Shown here in pieces: positions 34,359 through 39,231 of a stretch of 39,231 nt of DNA. Each line of letters opens with the position of its first letter. Position 1 is the stretch's first letter. The stretch is from a virus (taxonomy: Duplodnaviria; Caudoviricetes). Where the stretch lies: positions 1 through 39,231 of IMG/VR virus record IMGVR_UViG_3300012971_000036; one strand, 5' to 3'. Made by a program: the position numbers and the translations under genes. The notes below the pieces were generated by a model, which saw only the letters and a program-made list of their open reading frames with translations, was not told where the DNA came from and did no database searches.

Positions 34359-35226
34359 TTTTTTTGGTATCCTCGTAAAGTCGCTGATAGTCGTGTATCT
34401 TTGCCGCTTGCTGATAGCCGTTTGTCAGGTGGTAGAGAAACGGTTCGTTGGGCATCTTGTCCATCACCTTGAAGCTGCCCCGGCATATCCGCTTGTTGTA
34501 AGTGTGGTGGTCCAGTGTTTGGAAGGCAAGCCACCGGCTCCCCTGTTCTTGGGTCCAAAGCCAGAGGTTGCAGCCGATGTCAAAGATGGCCGTTTTTTTA
34601 GTGTTGGGGAAACGGTGGCGATATTGGAGGAGACACCCCTGGAGCAACCAGTAGCCGTCCATCGCCACCCACTGGTCCGGCGTGGATAGCTCCCACCCCG
34701 CGTATATGTCCTCCCAGCAAGGCTTGGCGAACAACTTGCCTTTCAGCCAGTCGTCGGGAGGCAGAGACTTCCGTTTCGCCATCATGCTGATGACCGTGGG
34801 GAAATAGAGGTAACAAAAGTCCAGGGCCATGTAGTGGGAGACGCCGACGAAATTTAGCGAGTAATTCTGGATGAGGTCGTAGTAAAACTGGTCCACTGCC
34901 GAGTACCAGAAGGTATCGAGGTCTTGGAAAAGGACGTATTCCTGGGTGGCGTGCTTGATCGCTGTGTGTAGGCCGATGGCTTGACCAAACTCCCTGGCGA
35001 TGGGCGACAACTCCGGGTGCCGTCTTTCCAGGCAATGGCCGACCCGCTTTACAGTTATGGACCTACCTGTTGCGGTTTTAATGCCATATTCGTGGTCACA
35101 ATCGTCCTTGTCTAGCTGGACCAGGACCACTTCGCTCACGAGGGTGCTGCGGGTGGTGAGGAAGTCGAACAGGATACGCTCGTAAACTCCGAAGAAATCA
35201 TAGGTAACGGTGCAAAGGGTTATCAT
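34243..35226 (-). CDS. GT-A-like protein, paralog 2 (true stop may be near 34355)
   Basis: QAIGLH, QDLDTFW, DIGCNLWLW, RWLAFQTLD. The C-terminal extension overlaps the next gene by 116 nt. Confidence 0.7.
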   Translation of the reverse strand: MITLCTVTYDFFGVYERILFDFLTTRSTLVSEVVLVQLDKDDCDHEYGIKTATGRSITVKRVGHCLERRHPELSPIAREFGQAIGLHTAIKHATQEYVLFQDLDTFWYSAVDQFYYDLIQNYSLNFVGVSHYMALDFCYLYFPTVISMMAKRKSLPPDDWLKGKLFAKPCWEDIYAGWELSTPDQWVAMDGYWLLQGCLLQYRHRFPNTKKTAIFDIGCNLWLWTQEQGSRWLAFQTLDHHTYNKRICRGSFKVMDKMPNEPFLYHLTNGYQQAAKIHDYQRLYEDTKKNDNNMCGCPEGFEALRGDILGEHRSVYQAYNRSDPCPK

Positions 35227-36056
35227 TTGTCATGGCTCTCCTTATACGCGGCCTCAAAGGTCCGGTAGGCGTCTTGCAGGGCGCGGGCGCAGTTCGTTTG
35301 GTGATATATCAGTCTTTGGCGGGCGATCCTTTCGTCCAGCTTAAAGTTGCTGCGGTGAACGTTGGTGGTGTACACATGGGTGTCCAGGGTGGGGAAGGAC
35401 AGCCACCTGCCCTGGTGGTTCTCATTCCACAGCCAGAGGTTGCAGCCGATGTCGAACCAGCAGTCGGGGGCCTTGTTCGGGAAGAAGGCTTGCCACTCTG
35501 GCACTACGCCGGGGAGGAGGAAACTGCCGTCCCCGTTGTCTAGCTTCGGTGGTTCGCCCATCGTTCGCATGAGAAAGCGGCCACGTTTGAGTAGTCCTTT
35601 GCCCCAATCCGGTGGGGGCATGGCGGATTTGCGCATGAGGAGGTTTATGGCGCAGGGGAAGAACAGCATGGCCTCGCCCAGCGCGTTGTGGTGGGCGACC
35701 CCGACGACATCTAAGGAGTGGCGCTGGTGGAGGTCAAGATACAGGTCGTCAACGGCACCGTAGAAGAACACGTCTGGGTCGCAAAGTAGCACGAAGTCGT
35801 TGGCGGCGCGGTCGATGCAAGCGTGCAAGCCGAGGGCGTGACCCAACTGCCCGCCAACCAGATTCTCGACATAATGTCCGAACTTCCTCACCCGAATCCG
35901 GCCCGCTAGGGTTTCGTCGCCTCCCCAATTGCCCTGGGTGTCGATCTTGGCGACCAACACTTCCGAGATGTGTTTGGTTCTCCGCACCACTGAATCTACC
36001 AGGAGGTCGGTGAACGGTTCGATGCCGTCGAGGACCACGGTGCAAAGCGTTATCAT
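35223..36056 (-). CDS. GT-A-like protein, paralog 1
   Basis: MITLCTVV from ATG36056; HALGLH, CDPDVFF, DIGCNLWLW. Confidence 0.7.
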   Translation of the reverse strand: MITLCTVVLDGIEPFTDLLVDSVVRRTKHISEVLVAKIDTQGNWGGDETLAGRIRVRKFGHYVENLVGGQLGHALGLHACIDRAANDFVLLCDPDVFFYGAVDDLYLDLHQRHSLDVVGVAHHNALGEAMLFFPCAINLLMRKSAMPPPDWGKGLLKRGRFLMRTMGEPPKLDNGDGSFLLPGVVPEWQAFFPNKAPDCWFDIGCNLWLWNENHQGRWLSFPTLDTHVYTTNVHRSNFKLDERIARQRLIYHQTNCARALQDAYRTFEAAYKESHDK

Positions 36057-37039
36057 CGGTATTTCTCGAACAGGGGGCCGTAGGCGGGGTGGGCGGCGAT
36101 TTGCGATTCCAGTGGTCCCAATATTTCCTGCTTGGTGTCGAGGATTTCTTGAAAACGTTTGAGATGGACCCTGCTGGCCCCTCCCAGGTGTTCCACGATG
36201 TCCGGGTCCAGGGCAACGGTGTCGAAGCCATTCTGGCATGACTGGTAGTAAACCCAGGCCCCCATGCCCATGTTAAGGAAGTTGTACGGGTCGCTGGTTT
36301 GCGGCGGGTTCAATAGCAGGCCCTTGTCCCCGTAGTAGCGACTGAATTCGTCCAAGTCACCCACTTCGTCCCCAAGGTCGAATTGGATCGGGTTCTGTGG
36401 GCTGCCGAGGTTGTAATGGTTCCAGTGGGCGCGGGCCTGGTGGACGCAAGACTTGCGGGCCACCAGGAAATAAGTGTAGGGGTGCGGCACCCGCAGCATG
36501 TACAGGCCGTGGGCGATGCAGTGGTCGCAGTGGGCGAACAACAATTCGGGGCTGCCGTAGGCCAGGGCCGCGTTTTTATTGGGCAGGAACTTCTTCTTGA
36601 TTTCCTCCTCCCACTGCTGGGTCATGATAATTGTGTCGTCGTGCAGCAATAAATAACAGTCGGTGTGTATCCACGGCATAGCCATTTCTACCGCCTCGTC
36701 GTGACCGACCCGGCTCCACGCCCGGATCACGGTGATCGGCATGTCGCGCTTATTCTGCGGGTTGTCAGTTGTGTACCACTGCATCTGCCGCAGTTCTTCC
36801 AAGAACGCCTGCTTGCGGTCTTGAAGGGCGGGGTCGCCCGTTCGTTTGTCGGGGCCGTTAACGCAGACCACAAAATGCTCCATGAGGTCATTGGGGGTAG
36901 ACCGCAGCAGGAGCGAGAATATCGACCACATAAGGCACCGGATGGGTGCTGGGCCGGTGGGAATGACGGCAGTGATTCGGTTGCCGAGATGGGTAAGTTC
37001 GATTACCTCGTCTATGGAGAGCGCCATGTGTTTGTGCAT
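36053..37039 (-). CDS. GT-A fold glycosyltransferase-like protein (paralog of 31720-32715)
   Basis: ITAVIPT, NGPDKRTGD, RAWSRVGH, LLLHDD, EHLGG; AAGGAG RBS. Confidence 0.7.
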   Translation of the reverse strand: MHKHMALSIDEVIELTHLGNRITAVIPTGPAPIRCLMWSIFSLLLRSTPNDLMEHFVVCVNGPDKRTGDPALQDRKQAFLEELRQMQWYTTDNPQNKRDMPITVIRAWSRVGHDEAVEMAMPWIHTDCYLLLHDDTIIMTQQWEEEIKKKFLPNKNAALAYGSPELLFAHCDHCIAHGLYMLRVPHPYTYFLVARKSCVHQARAHWNHYNLGSPQNPIQFDLGDEVGDLDEFSRYYGDKGLLLNPPQTSDPYNFLNMGMGAWVYYQSCQNGFDTVALDPDIVEHLGGASRVHLKRFQEILDTKQEILGPLESQIAAHPAYGPLFEKYR

Positions 37040-37079
37040 CGTTACTCCTTTAATTCGCCTCCGTCAAGAAAATAGTAAT

Positions 37080-37712
37080 ATGTCATATAATTCTACCGGG
37101 AACGGCTATAGCCTGTTGGTGTGTTGCGAGGGTTCCCGCCACCACGATTGGATGTCCTTCGCGGCCTGGTATTCGCTCAGCCGCAACCTCCCCGATGCCG
37201 CCTGTGCGGTGTTGGCCACACGGACGGCAACCGGCGACTATTTCTCCTGGGTACAAGCCGCCCGCGTGGCGTTTCGCTACCACGCGGATCAGGGCGGGGA
37301 TCGCAAAGCGTGGATGTCCAAGTTGGCTCTCCATCTGGGTCTGGTGAAATTGCCCCTGTTCGTCGTTGACCCGGACGTTCTTGCCGTCCGAGAACTCCCC
37401 CAGGAGGTAGCGACCTGGCAAGACTGTCAAGACCCCGCCTGCAAGGTCTGGCTGCTGAAAAACAGTATGGACAAACCTCAAAAGGTCGAATCCCGTCTGT
37501 GTTCTTCGGCCCAGGCCGACGATTTCTCGATATTCGCCAGCTACGAAGAACGCTGGGGTAAGTTTGTTACGCGCGCCTGCATAAATAGGGAAGACTATCC
37601 GTTCCGCAGGGTTGAAAGGTTTCAGGGTGAGGAAATGTCACTGAATGAACTCAGGATATTTGAGTTGTGGACCCGGATGGACCGCCTATTTACCGCTTTT
37701 GCGAGAGGTTAA
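37080..37712 (+). CDS. hypothetical protein, possible degenerate GT-A (DPD)
   Basis: ATG37080; LFVVDPDVLAVR. Confidence 0.55.
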   Translation: MSYNSTGNGYSLLVCCEGSRHHDWMSFAAWYSLSRNLPDAACAVLATRTATGDYFSWVQAARVAFRYHADQGGDRKAWMSKLALHLGLVKLPLFVVDPDVLAVRELPQEVATWQDCQDPACKVWLLKNSMDKPQKVESRLCSSAQADDFSIFASYEERWGKFVTRACINREDYPFRRVERFQGEEMSLNELRIFELWTRMDRLFTAFARG

Positions 37713-37714
37713 AC

Positions 37715-38038
37715 ATGCCAAGATGGAATTATGATGACGACGAGCAGGAGAACGTGGACCGCTTTTTCGGTGACATGGAGGAGGAAGAAGAAGTCGAGCA
37801 GTACATTTCCGAGGAGGAGTACGAGGAGCTAGTCGCCAAGGCCAGTCACGCCCAGGAGGTCCAGTTGGAGTTGGTCGAGCAAGAAATGAACCAACGCCTC
37901 CTGGCCGACGCGGTGGCGTTTGCCAAGAAGTCCTGGCGGTGGTTTTTCCTTTCCCATAAGGCCCGCCTCAAGGAAGTCGCCCGTACTTACCGCTACTTCC
38001 AGAAGTTGACGGACTGCAAAGGTAAAAGGCAGGAGTAG
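37715..38038 (+). CDS. acidic hypothetical protein
   Basis: GAGG RBS, ATG37715. Confidence 0.65.
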   Translation: MPRWNYDDDEQENVDRFFGDMEEEEEVEQYISEEEYEELVAKASHAQEVQLELVEQEMNQRLLADAVAFAKKSWRWFFLSHKARLKEVARTYRYFQKLTDCKGKRQE

Positions 38039-38065
38039 CCCTCTATTATAACACAAGGAGGGTTT

Positions 38066-38398
38066 ATGCCTTTTTACGACTTTGAGTGCCGCAAGTGTCA
38101 TCTCGTGTTTGAGGAGATGTGCCCCTACGACGAGGCCGATAAATACCCCACTGTCTCCTGCCCAAAGTGTGGGTCGAAGAAGAAAAGTCGGGTGTTCACG
38201 TCCTGCAATATAAATGTGAAATTCACCAACCCGAAAGACAGCAGCAAATGGGACAACTTCAGTTATCGTGCGGGTTATAATATGGAGAAGGCGCAGAACG
38301 AGCGCCGTGCTGCCGAGGAAGCCTCCCGCATGGGCGGAAGCCCGTACAGCAATATAGATGACCTGAGCGGTGGCGATAAATTCGGTGAAGTGAAGTGA
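38066..38398 (+). CDS. FmdB-family zinc ribbon protein
   Basis: MPFYDFECRKC...FE...CPKCGS. Confidence 0.85.
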   Translation: MPFYDFECRKCHLVFEEMCPYDEADKYPTVSCPKCGSKKKSRVFTSCNINVKFTNPKDSSKWDNFSYRAGYNMEKAQNERRAAEEASRMGGSPYSNIDDLSGGDKFGEVK

Positions 38399-38943
38399 TC
38401 GTGGATTTTACACGGCCACCCGGCGAGTGGCCCATTGACCTTGCGCACAATGCGTTCCTTTTCGGCAGCGTGCTGGCCCGGAAGCCGCACGACGTTTTGG
38501 AATTGGGGATCGGGCTGGGCTATGTCACCCGCGTGGTCCTGGCGGCGTTGAAATATAACGGGCGTGGCCGGTTGGTGTGCGTGGAGAACTGGAGCGGCTG
38601 GGGTGGGCGGGAGCATGAAGTTGCCGACCTCCTTCGCAAGCTGGGTGCCGAGATCGTGGTGGGGGATGAGCGGGTGTACGTCGAGGGCTGCCCGGATGAC
38701 AGCTACGACCTGTTGATTTCCGACGCCGACCACGACAACAGCCACCTGTGGCTGGAAGGTTACCTGCGGATTACCCGGCACGACGGTTTTATGTTTTTCC
38801 ACGACACCAACAATATATGGCCGGGCCTGCGTGCCATCGAGGATAGAATAAAGCACATGCCATATTTCCACTTCAAGGAAAGCACGAGGCCCGACGAGGA
38901 GTGTGAGCGTGGCTGGTTGTTCGTCGTGAACAAGAAATATTGA
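38395..38943 (+). CDS. class I SAM-dependent methyltransferase (Methyltransf_24-like)
   Basis: VLELGIGLG, YDLLISDADH, G.MFFHDT. Confidence 0.82.
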   Translation: MIVDFTRPPGEWPIDLAHNAFLFGSVLARKPHDVLELGIGLGYVTRVVLAALKYNGRGRLVCVENWSGWGGREHEVADLLRKLGAEIVVGDERVYVEGCPDDSYDLLISDADHDNSHLWLEGYLRITRHDGFMFFHDTNNIWPGLRAIEDRIKHMPYFHFKESTRPDEECERGWLFVVNKKY

Positions 38944-38961
38944 AAATTTCGATATTCCCCC

Positions 38962-38990
38962 TTGCACCGAAATATGTCGCCAATTATATT
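38962..38990 (+). promoter_or_regulatory. sigma70-like promoter
   Basis: TTGCAC-N17-TATATT upstream of prkA. Confidence 0.55.
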
Positions 38991-39052
38991 GCAGTAGACA
39001 TTGGGGCATCCGAGTCAGAGGGCTACGCATGGAACAAACTCTGGAGAGGAAT

Positions 39053-39231
39053 ATGAACTACCTGGATAAAGTCGCTTCGCAATACGACCGGGAATCATTC
39101 TTGCGGCTCAACGAGGAGATGAGCTTTGCCGAGTACCTGGCCAAGTGCTATGAAAACCCCCGCATTTGCCGATCCGCGTACCAACGGCTGTACGACATGA
39201 TTATGTCGGCGGGGTCATTCGAGTTCGAGAA
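39053..39231 (+). CDS. prkA: PrkA/YeaG-family serine kinase/AAA+ protein (3' truncated)
   Basis: Read manually: MNYLDKV...EEMSFAEYLAKCYENPRICRSAYQRLYDMIMSAG, matching the PrkA N-terminal pattern F.EYL....P....A..R...MI...G. GGAGAGG RBS. Confidence 0.75.
   Translation, partial: MNYLDKVASQYDRESFLRLNEEMSFAEYLAKCYENPRICRSAYQRLYDMIMSAGSFEFE

Noticed and set aside
1-39231. Genome-wide stop-codon reassignment (TGA or TAG)
   Set aside because: Conserved genes are intact in code 11, and TGA terminates SSB, recA and thyX and forms many ATGA overlaps.

Overview
This window is a gene-dense, GC-rich segment of what looks like a large T4-like or 'huge' phage genome. It carries gp32-like SSB, UvsX/RecA, a Ski2/Hel308-type helicase, a DEDDh exonuclease, dNMP kinase, a TnsA/gp4-like nuclease, CCA-adding enzyme, intein-containing ThyX and an N-terminal fragment of a PrkA kinase. 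Recurrent TATATA/TAAATA motifs precede many genes. Accessory blocks are: (i) a run of small proteins sharing an N-terminal F-x-x-(F/W/Y)-L...E motif like the T4 capsid-targeting sequence; (ii) a cluster of signal-peptide proteins, with two CxxCH c-type cytochrome-like proteins, a Tyr/Gly/Phe-rich low-complexity repeat protein and a papain-like peptidase; (iii) metal-related membrane genes; (iv) a large glycan locus with HldE, a DegT aminotransferase, a GNAT and several paralogous GT-A-like proteins. The most striking item missed by the ORF track is a 97-codon ORF (797-1090) with one in-frame TGA, followed by a hairpin resembling the E. coli fdhF SECIS, which makes it a candidate phage selenoprotein. 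A planctomycete host is only an inference from the style of the secreted proteins. I saw no tRNA, rRNA or CRISPR array. All family calls are by motif recognition, without database searches.
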